From assembly GCA_000182565.2 (NCBI GenBank), contig KQ257454.1: a DNA stretch of 64,000 nucleotides, one strand, 5' to 3'. The position numbers and the translations under genes were made by a program. The DNA comes from Spizellomyces punctatus DAOM BR117. Its lineage: Eukaryota. Below are positions 37,001 to 49,389 of this stretch, in pieces (the first letter of the stretch is position 1; every line of letters starts with the position of its first letter). The notes beneath the pieces are model-generated. The model worked only from the letters and a program-made list of their open reading frames with translations, made no database searches and was not told the origin of the DNA.

Positions 37001-39998
37001 CCGTGTCACGAGAGGGCACGCTGATAGCCGTTACCAAGCACCTACTGAGTAGCACGGTTTTTTACGAGCTGAAACCCGTTCGCGGTATGTTAAGCAGTCT
37101 ACCTTCATCGTTGTGCACAGCCTCATTCTACGTTGCAGATGCATTCGTTCCTGTTCTCTTGCAGCATCTGGGACAAGCCGTTACCGCAGGGATTATGTCA
37201 CCGTCCTCGCTAAACAGTCAGGAGATCTCGATTCTCTTGGATTTAACCAACCCTGCAGATGCCGAAGCTAAGATGAATGCCTATCAGCGGCTTGGGGAAT
37301 TATTTGAGGACAGTGCATGTGCCCAGCCTCATCTCAGTCCCGACTCTCTACCTCGAGTTCTAAGGCTGTTGGATACTTTGCATACACTGCCAACTGCTTA
37401 TTTCTCACAGACGGAGAGGGACATGATAGTTGGTACACTGCTTGTTATGGAAAGGCTGTTTTATAAGTCGCTTTCCGCGGACACGGATAACTTGGACCGG
37501 CGGGTAAACGGGCTACGACTTGCCGCTCTCACTCGGAAAATTGGGCTACGTCTAATGCTCAGTCGGCAAAACAAGCTCTTGACTGTAAGTTGATGGTTTC
37601 AGGTCTTGTACGATCAAGTGTACTGATGACCTTATCTATTCAACAAAAGTTTCTATCACCTGCGATTATGGAATGGTACCTCGTGTCCTTGGACCAGTAT
37701 GAGCAGTGGCAAGATGCTGAAACGACCGCGACATTATCCTACAATGATATGATCGTTGCTGCGACATATGAGATTCAAGAGCTAACCTGCCGGTAATTCT
37801 TATTGGTGCTGCAGGTGCGCTTCACAGCTACACATGCTAATCCTGATTTGCAGAAAACTGCTCCAACGACTTGCCGATACCTCACCGAAAGATGCTGGCG
37901 CGACTCCTGGAGAACATGTCAAAAGGTTGCTTGCGTTCGTGCAAGATTATTGCCCGAAGTCGTATAGCATCAATCGTTTTCGACCAGCAAATGCGTTAGC
38001 GAAATCCATTACTGCTTGGACTGAATCTCGTCCTGAACGGTAATTACAACAAGCACACGTATATCCCGCAGATTGAGAGAAGCCTGACCTCGTTTTTAGG
38101 TTACACTCGCTAAATACCTGCTGCGAAGGCCTGGGTGATGCGGTGAATGACTTCGTTGAGCGATTGCAAGCGATGGTTTGCCATAATCTGCAGGACTTCA
38201 CTTTGGATGGGGAGACCATGCAGCAAGATTGCACTGAGATTGTAAATGAGCGTAGTTGCAAGGAGGCACAGTTTGCTTTTGAAGTATACTGCCATCTATT
38301 GAGGTTCTATAAATTTGGAGGAGGTACGATTAACGGTGTTTCATGTGAAATTGTCTTTTCACTTAAGTTTGCCATCATGACGTATCTACAGATGGGGCCA
38401 AGTACTCAAATGGCTTGGTGTTTCTGGCCGGTCTCGTTACCGGAAGTATTCGCCTTATTTGCGACATCTCCAGGACTGGAAATAGGCTTGATGGACAACA
38501 CAAAGCCTTGCCCCATTTAGCGTCACTTTGTGCCGATTTCGTCGCCGCCTTTGCCGCTAATTTCAGGGATATTACACCAGCTGTTGAAGCAAACTCGATG
38601 CGAAACCTTGTGACGTTGATGTGGTATATCATGCAAATCAATTCTCAGGATGCACAGTCCGCCACCCTAGAAAGTGAATGTGCTAAGAAGATGACATCGG
38701 CCTTGTCATCGTTGGTGCGTGACACGTCGCAAAAGCAATATACGGAGCTGCTGGCATGCCATTTGGATCGCCTGGAGGGTGAGCCAGCGTCGCTAGCAGT
38801 TTCGATCGAGAAAAATACCCTGCCATCACGATATGAAGATACGACCTTGCTGGTGAGATGCCTGTCTTTGGTGATCAATGGGGACAATAGAGAAGGCAAG
38901 TATCATTGATCTTATCCTTGCTGTCAAGTTAAGCTCATCATGGACCATGCATAGTCGGAAGGGGCCTTGTTCGTAAAGAGCTCCCCCGTATTTTAGTGAA
39001 ACTCAGCCAGATAATACAAGTCACCACCTCAGTAGAAACTGCTTTGGAGATACTGCAACTACTGACGCAAATTGTTGCCGATAAGGTACTGCCGGTTTAC
39101 CGAATGGAAAACTGCTGGATAGTCACTAACCGTCGACATATATAGTTTTTGAGTTTGCGGCATTCAGATGTAGCGTTGATTCTCCATTCGGTTGCTGCTG
39201 TTATTTCTACTTCCTCCCCGTTACAGACGACCATGCCTCCGGTTACCGTTGATGCTACCCATCCAGAAAGTGTGGGTCCACCCGAGGCATTGCAGTTATT
39301 TGATGCAGTTTATCGATTGCTACTTGGACTACTGCGATCACGCAAAGACCTTGTAGTGGAAGTCATACCGTGCTTCACAGGCGTTTTGAAGGAACTTTTT
39401 GCTGTACGTTCTTCATTTTAGTCCCTTTGCAGTACTTATGTATCCGCACATTCTTGGCTAATGATGCAAAACGTACCACCAGTGCTTCCGGATCCGACCC
39501 CGCATCGATGCACCTGCACCACGACTGAATCGTAATTCGACAAATAGTGCGCACAAATTCCCGTCACAGTTTGAAACACCATCTCTACTGGCCCGATACG
39601 CTCCATTACCCGTCACTTGTGCTGAGAACTTGTCCCGACTATTGGTGGCTATCGGTCAAAAGGCTCTCACCAGGAAGCACGCGGCAGGAAACCGCACTGA
39701 TGGTGGTATAACGATGACAACAATGGGAACGTCAGCCTCCACCACTGTCAAGCCCTTTTCTAAACACGTTCCGTTCCTGCTCTCCACCATTGTTCACATT
39801 CAGTCCTCCGCTCGCCCTTTCACACCAGCCGCCAAATCCGCGTTAATGGAAGGGGTGTATGCACTTCTGGACTTGTGCGGAGACCACGGAAGGGATGCTG
39901 TACTGGCTGGCCTCGATGCCCACGGCGGAGGACGACCATTGTTCAAGGCACTGGTAGGCGATTGGGAGAAGTACCATAGATTTACGGGTAAAGTGTAA
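34065..39998 (+). CDS. URB2: Nucleolar pre-ribosomal protein Urb2/Npa2, multi-exon
   Basis: N-terminal FIPGKDELLLDW; long helical exons; C-terminal Urb2 domain KPFSKHVPFLL..LMEGVYALLDLC..LFKALVGDWEKYHRFTGKV*. Confidence 0.85.
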
Positions 39999-40200
39999 AT
40001 AGCATGGTAAATCAAGTAGTGCAAAGGAACTACAGAATTTAGTTTCGAAAGTAGTGAAATGGAACTTTCAGAATTTAGATTCGAGAGACATGAAACTTGT
40101 TACAATATATATAGTACAATTGCACCTTCTAAGGAAAACACAATAATTGCGGTATAGACACAAAGAGCAAGCGCATGAGGCTAACTAGTTTCGAACAGAT

Positions 40201-41553
40201 CTAAACCCCTTCGTGATTCTCGGGGACGAGGGACGTGAAAAACATGTATGCAATATCCTTGACGTCCGTCCACAAAGACCGCTGCGAAGGTTGCTGTGCC
40301 TCTGAGGGTACGTCAGTTTCTCCACCTTCCGCTTGCCCATCATTAGGATTCGCGTATGCTTGTCCAATATTATAACCCATAGCTTCAAGTTCATGTCTCC
40401 GTATTAGTCTCAGTCGGCCGGTTTGGACTAGGAAGATGACCAGCGCGACAAGATTCATGAGAATAATCTTTGTCAAGCTCGAATTATGTGAGAAGATATA
40501 GACCAAAAATGTGAGTTTCACAAGGAGCCAAAATGGATTTTGTGGCGCATTACGTTGCCGATCCCCAAATTCGTCATCCACATTACCACCGATGGCACCA
40601 GGCGCAGCATTAAGTACGGGCGCTGCGGGTTGTACCGGTGCAGGAGCAGGAACCGGAGCGGCCGCCTCTGCCGGCAAGTTTGGCGGCGGTGCGTACTGTT
40701 GCGGGGCTGCAAGGTGCGGTTGCCCGGCCTGGGGTTGGTATGGTTGTGGAAACACCGTCGGGTGCATGGCATATGGTATTCCGCTATGATGTGTCCAAAA
40801 GTGTAAGGTCTTTCATACAAATAACAATTGCTTTGACCTGGATACGTACTTGATCATGACAATTTGATATGGAACCGCAAGGTGCATGAAGGGTTGTCCA
40901 GCAGGGGCGTTTGGAACAAAGTGAGTAGTGGCGGGTGGAGTAGATATGGGGGGTGCCGCAGTAGGTGTCGCGGATGCTTGGCCTTCTCCTGTCTCATCTG
41001 ACCTTGCTAAACCCGTCTTACGTTGACGCAAGCCTGAGTGCAGATCCTCTGGCGAAGGTGATATGGCAGTGCTAGGTCTCGCAGGTGACGAGGCATCCAA
41101 AGATACGGATCCACTCTTGATGACGAGGTGAACCGTTGGAGGAGTCGGGAGACTTGAACTATTCAGTATCTCTCGTACTACCATCTCGTCCCCTAGCAGC
41201 TTTCCAGCATGTATGAGTCTCATCTCGTCCACTCCGGGTTGTCCTGGAAACTGTTCAGACATCATGCCCTTAAGCTGAGCAATATTCCACTCGGGCATGA
41301 CGTCCACAAAGTACGTTTCATTTGGGTAACTTGGGCAGCGTATGCATAATTTGTGGGACCTCGCACTTTCCGGTATAGTATTGAGGTCCTTATTGATGGA
41401 TGCGTCGTTGATAGCGGTCGATGGTGGTTGGTGAACTTGAAAGGATCCCGGTTGAGGAGCATCGCGCTGAGTAAAGGTGCGTTGAGGTGAAGGAGAAGGC
41501 GGAGCCATAGGGCTCCTTCCAGTGGGATTGGAAGAATGACCGAAATCTGACAT
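40201..41553 (-). CDS. Ubiquitin-like-domain ER membrane protein (HERPUD/Usa1-like), 2 exons
   Basis: UBL region WNIAQLKGMM..FPGQPGVDEMRLIHAGKLL, GLRQR, Pro/Gln-rich linker, hydrophobic hairpin WLLVKLTFLVYIFS..LVIFLVQTG and terminal FFTSLVPE. Confidence 0.8.
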
Positions 41554-41936
41554 TAGAGAGCTCGCGGGATCTGGTACAGCGGCGTGCTGACTCTGCCTAC
41601 TGGCAATACACAAACAAATCCAAACGGGGAATACGGTATTCAAGTAAGAAATTCGAAGCAGCGATAAGACGCTTTGTAGGAAATGGGTGGAAGACTTGAC
41701 ACGGGCGCTGATGGCGGTCCCCGCAGCTGGAATGACACCTCCACTTACGCAACATGGCAGGTGATGATTGGTGCATATAACGTGACTATGCCACACATGG
41801 CTCCAGAGATCTCGTGTACCTCCACGGTTACGCCGAATCTCTTTCCAATTCCATCTCGGTTCCCCCCATGCTCTTTGCATCGCCCCGACGTCTGTTGCTT
41901 TGTAACAAAACTCAAAAGTACTCGAGTCTTGCTAGA

Positions 41937-43311
41937 ATGATGTCGTCGCCAATAACCTATTCTTGGCGCCGTTTGGCAAACGCCGACGCTTCTAGTGTAG
42001 ACACCCCTGTTGGGCGTTCGTCTCACTCGCTGAACATTATTGGCGACCGCGCATATATTTTCAGGTTTGTGTGTTGGTTTCTCCAATTTATTTTTTACAA
42101 GTTCATATCCATTTTTAACCAGCTTTGCTTCAATCCTAGTGGAGAACGGGAGCCCCGTAAGCCGATTGATGCCCGTTTGCATATCTTTGATCTTGTATCG
42201 CAGCAATGGGCAGGTGTCATTGAACCTTTAGCAGCCACTGCTCCCACACCTCGCGTGGGACATGCTACAGCAACGCTGGGAGACTGCATATACTTGTTCG
42301 GTGGTCGTGGAGGACCGGAGATGTCGCCCATGGAGGCAGATATGTTTGCTTTTGACGCAACCTCCGGCACCTGGACCAAATTGCAAGTTAATGGAGATGT
42401 ACCTGCACCTCGTAGCTATCACAGGTTAGTATACGTAAATTTGCTCAAGAGGTACCGATAGGCCAAAATGTCTGATGCGTTCAACGCCTACAACGGCAAG
42501 CATGACGGCAAGTGAGGTGAGTTCGGTTGCGTCAAAATTTGATATACATTGGCTCTCATTCTCCTTTGACAGCACCACGTATACCTTTTTGGAGGCTGTC
42601 TGGAAAAGGGACGCGCAAACGACTTGTACCGCTTCAGCCCTGAAAACTCCACCTGGGAGCGTCTTCCGTCGAATCCTGACCTCCCAGTACGTGGTGGTCC
42701 TGGATTGGCATACCTTAAGGACCAAGTAATCGTTTATGGAGGCTTCAACGGTACGGAGCTCAATGACATCTGGGCTTTCAATATCAAGACTAGCACCTGG
42801 GAGCGTATCAATCCAAGCGAGTCTTCGGATGCCCCTTGTCCGAGAAGTGTTGCCGGTTTTGTTGCCTTACCGGCGATTGGAAAGGTGGTCACCTTCATGG
42901 GCGAAAAGGATCCTTCGCCCACCGGACATGCTGGTGCTGGAAGGTAATTTCATTATGCAGTGTTCAGGATTACCTTTGCATAGTGTTATGCATGTTAATG
43001 TGTACTTGTCGCATTGACATGAACAAGATATGCCAAGGACGTATGGATTCTTGACATCCACTCGAATGCCACTGCCACTTGGATACACATTCCTCCGGCC
43101 GACCCTTCACAGCTCGATGCGCCCACGCCTCGCGGTTGGATGACTGACGCTGTTTGGCGTGGAGAATCGATCATTATGCATGGAGGGTGAGCCGATAATA
43201 TTCGTCACTTACATCTCCGTCGTGTACTCTTTTGACGCAACAGAGTCTCTCAGGTACGATGGGGAAAAGCGAGATGACGGCATTTTCCAGTTGCGTTTCG
43301 AAGGCAAATAA
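41937..43311 (+). CDS. Kelch beta-propeller protein, nitrile-specifier-protein-like
   Basis: RSSHSL..AYIFSGEREPR, PRVGH..YLFGGRGG, PRSYHSM..YLFGGC..GRANDL, RGGPGL..YGGFNGTEL, PRSV..GEKDPSPTGHAGAG and PRGW. Confidence 0.82.
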
Positions 43312-43508
43312 ATATTGCCATAGAGGTTCAATTCCTTTCGTTTCTTAGTCTGGTGGATTGAACCTCCATTCTTACCAAAAAAAGCAACGTAAATTCAGAA
43401 ATATATGTATATAGATTTTCGTACAAGAAAATCCAACATTCTGGCTCAAAATTTGCTTATGAATAGTAAAGTTTCGGTCCCAAAATCATTCAACGGTCTT
43501 CTAGTCGC

Positions 43509-45555
43509 TCATTTCATCATACGCGATCCTGTAACTTTTAGCCTAATAGAAGGGCCGCGCGATTCAATAATTACGCCGCGCACTCCTTCTTACCCAATGG
43601 ATATCATACTTACGAGGGGTTGCGCCTAGTTCCGCTGTGGCAGAGAAGGTCTGAACCGAGACGTGTATTGTTTAGGGGGTATTACAGACGTCGATTTTGG
43701 ATTCATACGTGTGGAAGGAGAATCTAAGCGAATATAATGTGGAGACTGAGGTCATGTACACGTTGGAAAGTACCAATAGGTCCGTGTGTACACTTACCCG
43801 GGTGAAGAGTCGATCGTGCGATTCTGGAAGGCACTGGCATAGCTTTCGGAATGGATAGTGTTGTCTTGCCGGGCAGAGGCAAACGCGTGTTTCCTCTGCT
43901 GTACTTGAGGCGTGTGCGGTCCAAGCTGGGACTCTCTTCAAACTTGTCTCCCACCTTACGTTTAGATAAATCGACGGCAGTAGGGCTGGATATTTTGCTT
44001 GGTGATGCGCGTGGGAGACCAGATGGTTTTCGGAGGCCCATGGAGGAATTGGATGAAGTCTTCGTAATCGGCATGGGTTTCACAGACGGTGGTGTAGCGA
44101 GTGGGGAGTATGATTGAATTTCCATTGGATCGCAGCGAACGACGGCCAAGGTAGGTTCAACAGCAGGCGGGACGCTGATGGTGACGTCTACATTCATTTC
44201 TAGAATGTCCTTCTTACTCTGCACGATTAAGGGAGTTACAAAATCTGGTCTTCACTAGTAAATGACATGCTAGCTTACTTTATTCAATAATGTCGTGGTT
44301 CCTTTCGGACCGAAAGCCGTTTTCGGCCTTCCAGCTGTTCGTTTTGAAGTAACCTTGGCAGAGTTTGCGGGTGTGTTGTTTACCTTCGGGGAAAGTACTG
44401 TGCTTGCACTAAATCTAAAGACAGAGGAAGGAGTTGTGAACGATGAGTAAGCTGGCGTAGACAATATATTCTTGGCTGCAACTGCATCGTCGCGAGATTT
44501 GGCGGTGAGTGATGTGATCGGGTGACGTTGTCCAGTAGACGAACGGGGTAAAGCTGGTGACCTCATCGACGCCCGAGACTGAGCAGGGGTTTGAACGGAG
44601 GATCTAGGGCCCGTGGAAGTGCTGGTTGACGACCTAGGGAAAGTAGGGGATCTCGTGGACGACTTTGGGGTTGTGTATGTTGTGGTTGACAGCCGAGGCG
44701 AGGTAGATTCTTTGACAGTTGACCGCGAGGGAGTAGGGCTTATAGAAGACTGAGCTACAGATGACCGAGGCGACGTAGAAGCTTTGACAGCTGACTTCGA
44801 GGGAGTGGCGTTTACAGAAGGCTGAGATCCCATCGTGGCTCTTACAGATGACCGAGGCGAAGTAGAACCTCTGATGGATGACCGCAAGGGAGCATGGGAC
44901 TTTACAGAAGACTGAGGAGTCATAGTGGCTCCTACAGATGACCGAGAAGATGTAGAACCTCGAGCAGAAGATCTAGGCGTCATGGATGTTCTCATTGAAG
45001 GCTTAGGAGATATTTGTGCACTGAGAATAGATTTAGAAGAAGTTGACTGCTTTACAGAAGATTTGCTTGTCATGGGCGTTCGTGTCGAAGATTGAGGAGA
45101 CGTAGGAGGGCTTTGAGTTAAGATGAACGGCTGAGCAGGCGATGCCAGCGTAAATTCTGAAAAATCTGGCGATGCACATCGATCACTCATTGGTGGGGAA
45201 GGAATATCTTCAATCAAGAAGAAGGGATCTATGCTCTCTAGTTTATCAACTATTGAATGAATGGGACTTTAGGAGAACTTCTCGATGGTATTAGAAAGGA
45301 AACAGGACACTGGAAACAATACGCACTGCCAGCAATAGCTCTAAAGAGTGCAATACTCTCTCTTCTCTCACGTTCAGGACGACTGAAGCCCCACTGAGGG
45401 GATCGTCTAGATGAACCTAAAAGAGTTGATGGGGTCTGAACTTCTTTTGGAGGTGATTCTAGTGACAGCGCGGTCATCGACGCGTCCAAATCAATCAGCA
45501 TTGGGTCGACTGTACTGGTTTGTTGATTAATATCGGTAGCAATTACGGTGTCCAT
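43509..45555 (-). CDS. Hypothetical basic Ser/Thr/Pro-rich disordered protein with internal 10-aa repeats, multi-exon
   Basis: Consecutive same-strand ORFs (45250-45555, 44270-45217, 43724-44224) can be joined by GT-AG introns. No recognised domain; both ends are uncertain. Confidence 0.6.
44540..45110 (-). repeat. Degenerate 30-bp (10-aa) coding tandem repeat, consensus about [ST]PRSS[VT]R.S[TM]
   Basis: TPRSSARGST/SSRSSVGATM/TPQSSVKSHA/PLRSSIRGST/SPRSSVRATM. The DNA motif (aca/gga)gatgaccg recurs on the plus strand at about 44757, 44845, 44875 and 44934. Confidence 0.75.
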
Positions 45556-45956
45556 GATGAAGATGATATGTTATGGAGATGGTACACTGAATCGTCCGAG
45601 GGAAAAAAGTCCCGCTGGGCAAGTCCGCCGAGAACAATAAGAGCCAGGGGTCGTTGCGTAAGCGGAATCACGTGGGTAGCCCTCCAGCTTTCAAAGCGGT
45701 TGTTGCCATAGTGGCAGTAGCTGCTGCCGATCTCGATCTTCGATCCCACCAGCGTTCCGCTGGGTGGTGCCTGCCCACCTTTTTTGCAGACTTTAAAAGC
45801 AGCGACGGTTCTGAGCATCAATGTCTACAGCAGTGCGCCGCACTGAGATATCGGAATAGCATACGTTCAAGGATCAGGGTTTTCTGTCGGGCAGCTTTGT
45901 TGGCCAACCCTGCTGACACTTGTATCAACCTGTATCAATCTAATATCCTGTCCGAC

Positions 45957-46785
45957 ATGCAAACCGTCAAGCTTCCCCCTCTATTCACACCTCCTACACC
46001 AGACTCGCCTGTCCCGTCAGTTCCGTTTGCAACTCCCCTTCCCGACATACACGTTACGCTGTTTAGGAATATTCGGAATGCTGTTGACGTGAGGAATCTG
46101 GTCATCAAGGGAGATCCTCGCGTTCCGGAATGTGTTTTGATAAACGCTGCAACGGTAAGCAACAGCACTTGTTCTGAAAGCCTCTAAAGTTTGTTGTTGA
46201 GTAATGCGTTGGGAAGAGGTGGGACAAACCGACACTGAAAAACTCACTTTTGTAGATTGTCGACGTCTTTCAAATTCAAATGGCATGCACGAAAGCGCTT
46301 CTACATCAACAACAAGGCATCATGCGAACACGATCACTGTACTCTGAAATCCTTTTCAATCTCTCCCCAACAAACAATATTAGCGATGCTATAAGACAGT
46401 TTGGCATATCAGATACAACGACAGCCGTAGCTGTGGTCATGGTTGGCATGCAAGCACCGCCCGAGGAGGTGAGGATTGTATAAAAACATTCTGATAATGT
46501 TATTTGCGTTAGCTCATTGTGGAATGCGGTATATTCAATAGGTACGCTTGCGTCTGTTGACTTTGATAGAGGGCGAACCAATACCGTTGTCACACTTGCC
46601 AGAGTTCACAGATTTACCACTGATAAATAGGGTAAGTGAATGAATACCCGTCGCGCTCCTTTCCCGGCCAAAATTCATATTCAATACGATGTTAGATATA
46701 TAAAACTGGCAATGTTGCAGCTGACAGAGGGCAGACATTGGCGTTGGTGGTTGGGGCAATGGCGCTCAAAGGGCATTTGAGTTAG
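45957..46785 (+). CDS. CGI121: EKC/KEOPS complex subunit Cgi121
   Basis: VTLFRNIRNA, LINAAT|IVDVFQI, MRTRSLYSEILFNLSPTNNISDAIRQFGI and LVVGAMALKG. Confidence 0.9.
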
Positions 46786-47160
46786 CACCTATACTCAGAA
46801 GCAGATATACCTAACCCATTATGGCAGCGTCATCTCAAAGCTAGTTCTGCAGAATAAGATTGGCCACTTTTTCCCGGCCTGGCGTTATTATCATAGTGGA
46901 TACAGTTGGTTTCACGCCGGAGGAAGGACGGGTATAGGTAGCAAATTCAACCGTTGAATATAATGGCGCTAATTTACGTGACCTTTTTCCAACCACCGTT
47001 TGTTTATGTTCGCGTAAAATTGTCTATCCGCTACCCCGTCCATTACCTAACCCTTTAGTAACGCGTCGCGGGTCGGACGTTCCTGGCTGGAACACTTTGC
47101 CAAAGCTCAGCATTTCGTCTTTCTCATTGTCATTCAAGAGTAGCTTCACATTCTAGCATT

Positions 47161-47511
47161 ATGTACACACGTCTTCCCAAGAGCTTTTGGTGGTGTCTGT
47201 TTCTCGTCCTGAGTGCTTTTGTTGCCACAATTGACGCCCTCGAAGTGAGTTTCTAACTCTTCTCGTTGTCCTATCCTATTCCACATGATTGTGCTGACAG
47301 AAGTACACAGGCGTTTCAAGCTATGGTTCCACCTTCTGCGGCCGGCCTAAGTAATGGCATCGGCAAGAGATTTGCCCGTGATATCCCCGAGGAGCTCCCA
47401 GTGCTTCCTGCTCTCCACAATACTCGTCACACTCACCGTCGCCGAAACGCTGCTCCGGATTCAGAGCAAGTTCGTCGCAGGGAACGCAGAGATTATCCGG
47501 AAGAATTGTAA
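47161..47511 (+). CDS. Small secreted prepropeptide (94 aa), 2 exons (47161-47244, 47311-47511)
   Basis: Exon 1 is the signal-peptide-like MYTRLPKSFWWCLFLVLSAFVATIDALE, ending at a GTGAGT donor. A GCTGAC branch point and CAG acceptor give an in-frame exon 2 with GKR, RRR and RRRERR sites. Confidence 0.62.
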
Positions 47512-48329
47512 AGGGGAACTGCGAGTGTTTGATTTGGTGATCCGCCATGGAGTGTGAATCCAGCGGCGGATACTTGCAGCGAATATCCTCGGGAAGTCCT
47601 GGTTCTTTACTTTATAAAATAGAACTATATCCGCCTATATAAGAAACACTCATCATCTGCACATCAATGGCCATTTCTGGGACGAGACGTCTGGTACTTG
47701 GCAGGACCTCATCACATGCTATTCCCTTAGAATACAAAATGCGTAAGGTGTTGAGTGACCGATGGTGGTAAACCGACATCATGCAACCGGAATTTTGTGT
47801 TTGCCTTTAAATGGGTGGAACACAGTATCCACAGAATTGCTCGGACTGAAGTTCATATTTGACATATCATATCCATTTCTAATGAGTCGGAAGCGTGAGC
47901 CACCTTCTTTGGTCTTCCAAATCGCTATCGATACCGCTGGCATTAGTACCGGATTACACCCAAGAAGATGCGGAATAATGACTGTTGTAACCGCGATATT
48001 GTGAACACTCATGCAAGGAATAAATAGATACACTTGGAATGATCGTCCGCAGCTATACAATTACTGCTGAGACATAACTGAGTACCGCTTATCCAGAGAG
48101 GCATCACTTTAGCTACATTATTTGACTGTAAATGCGCACGATGCTGTTGTTGTGTAAGTGTGGCAGGTTAGTTTCCAACAACTTGAGAGCTTTGCAGATA
48201 GTGCTCACACGCTGCTTCCCGCTGCGGCGTAAACAAATACCCTAGCTGGAACAGAATTGAACCGTTGCAGCCACGCAAGACAGTTGTTAGTGAAGAACAG
48301 CGCGTGGCAGGTTTGTGATCCAGGTCACC

Positions 48330-49199
48330 ATGTCACATCTGCAGCAACGTAAGACCGCCAGCTCCCAAGGCGCACCACAACAGGAGCCTACCTTTCAGAG
48401 AAATTCTCCTCGGAAGCGAACGACAACGTCTTCAACAAGCGGTGTAGGGACTTTTCTCTTGACTCTCGGCCTGATCATTGTCACTGGACTCGCAACAAGT
48501 TGGATAGTCACAGATTCGCTGACTTTCGGGTATCCCATACCCAATTGGAGAAAACTTCTTCACGTACGTTTCTGTAATTGCGCACCGGCCTCTCAAGCGT
48601 GGCTTGCCCTATAACTGACAGTGATTCATATTCAATTAGCGACACGAGATTACACTGACCACCGCCGAATTGGCCCAATATGATGGCACAGATCCGAGCA
48701 AGCCCATATATCTAGCTATTAAGTAAGTCACGAGAAAGGCGAGCTTGACTGTTGACGGATTATTCTCTTTTGCTGATATGCCACTCAGTGGGAAGGTGTA
48801 TGATGTCAGCGCCGGCCCGCAGTATTATGGGAAGGTAAGGACCGTTGATCCCAGAAAAGTCTGTCCCAGTGACTGATTCTATTGAGTAGGGTGGAGGGTA
48901 CAATTTCTTTTCAGGAAAGGACGCTGCCCGGGCATACATCACCGGCTGTTTCCAGACCCACCTCACCCACGATCTACGAGGATTGAGTGAAGCTCAAATC
49001 AAGGTAGGCACAGTAGATTAAATATAGGCCACTGGCAGTACTAATAACCGTCCTCCTTCAGACGCTTGATCAATGGACAGACTTCTATGCAAAGCACGAC
49101 CAATACTTCTATGTTGGCAAGGTCATCCATGATCCAATACCAGAGGACGCACCAATCCCTGAAGACTGTAATGCTCAAACGAGTGAATCAGCCTCCTAA
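48330..49199 (+). CDS. Cytochrome b5-like heme/steroid-binding protein (MAPR family)
   Basis: N-terminal TM segment, LT.AELAQYDGTDPSKPIYLAINGKVYDVSAG..YYGKGGGYNFFSGKDAARAYITGCF..HLTHDLRGL and W..FY...YFYVGKV. Confidence 0.9.
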
Positions 49200-49389
49200 G
49201 AACTCCCAGGCTACTACGATATAATGAGGTGGGATCATCAGTAAAGTGCAAGCCGGTTATCGCCCCCTAAGCTGGCACATCGGAAGTTTTCCAATTCAAA
49301 ATCTCGACACAGATGAATAAATACACATGTTCGCAATCTCTATCTGCCTGTACCTATCTATAGGACACTGTCTACATGTAAACGGTGCC

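Noticed and set aside
45831..45845. Palindrome CAGTGCG-C-CGCACTG
   Set aside because: A single 7-bp inverted repeat is expected by chance in 64 kb, and there are no flanking element features.
47354..47557. Alternative-frame ORF MASARDLPV... overlapping the prepropeptide exon 2
   Set aside because: It has no upstream exon in phase. The signal-peptide exon splices into the other frame.
47762..48060. Overlapping 80-93 aa ORFs in the gap after the prepropeptide gene
   Set aside because: No recognisable motif, a non-ATG start for the longer ORF, and no convincing splice partners.
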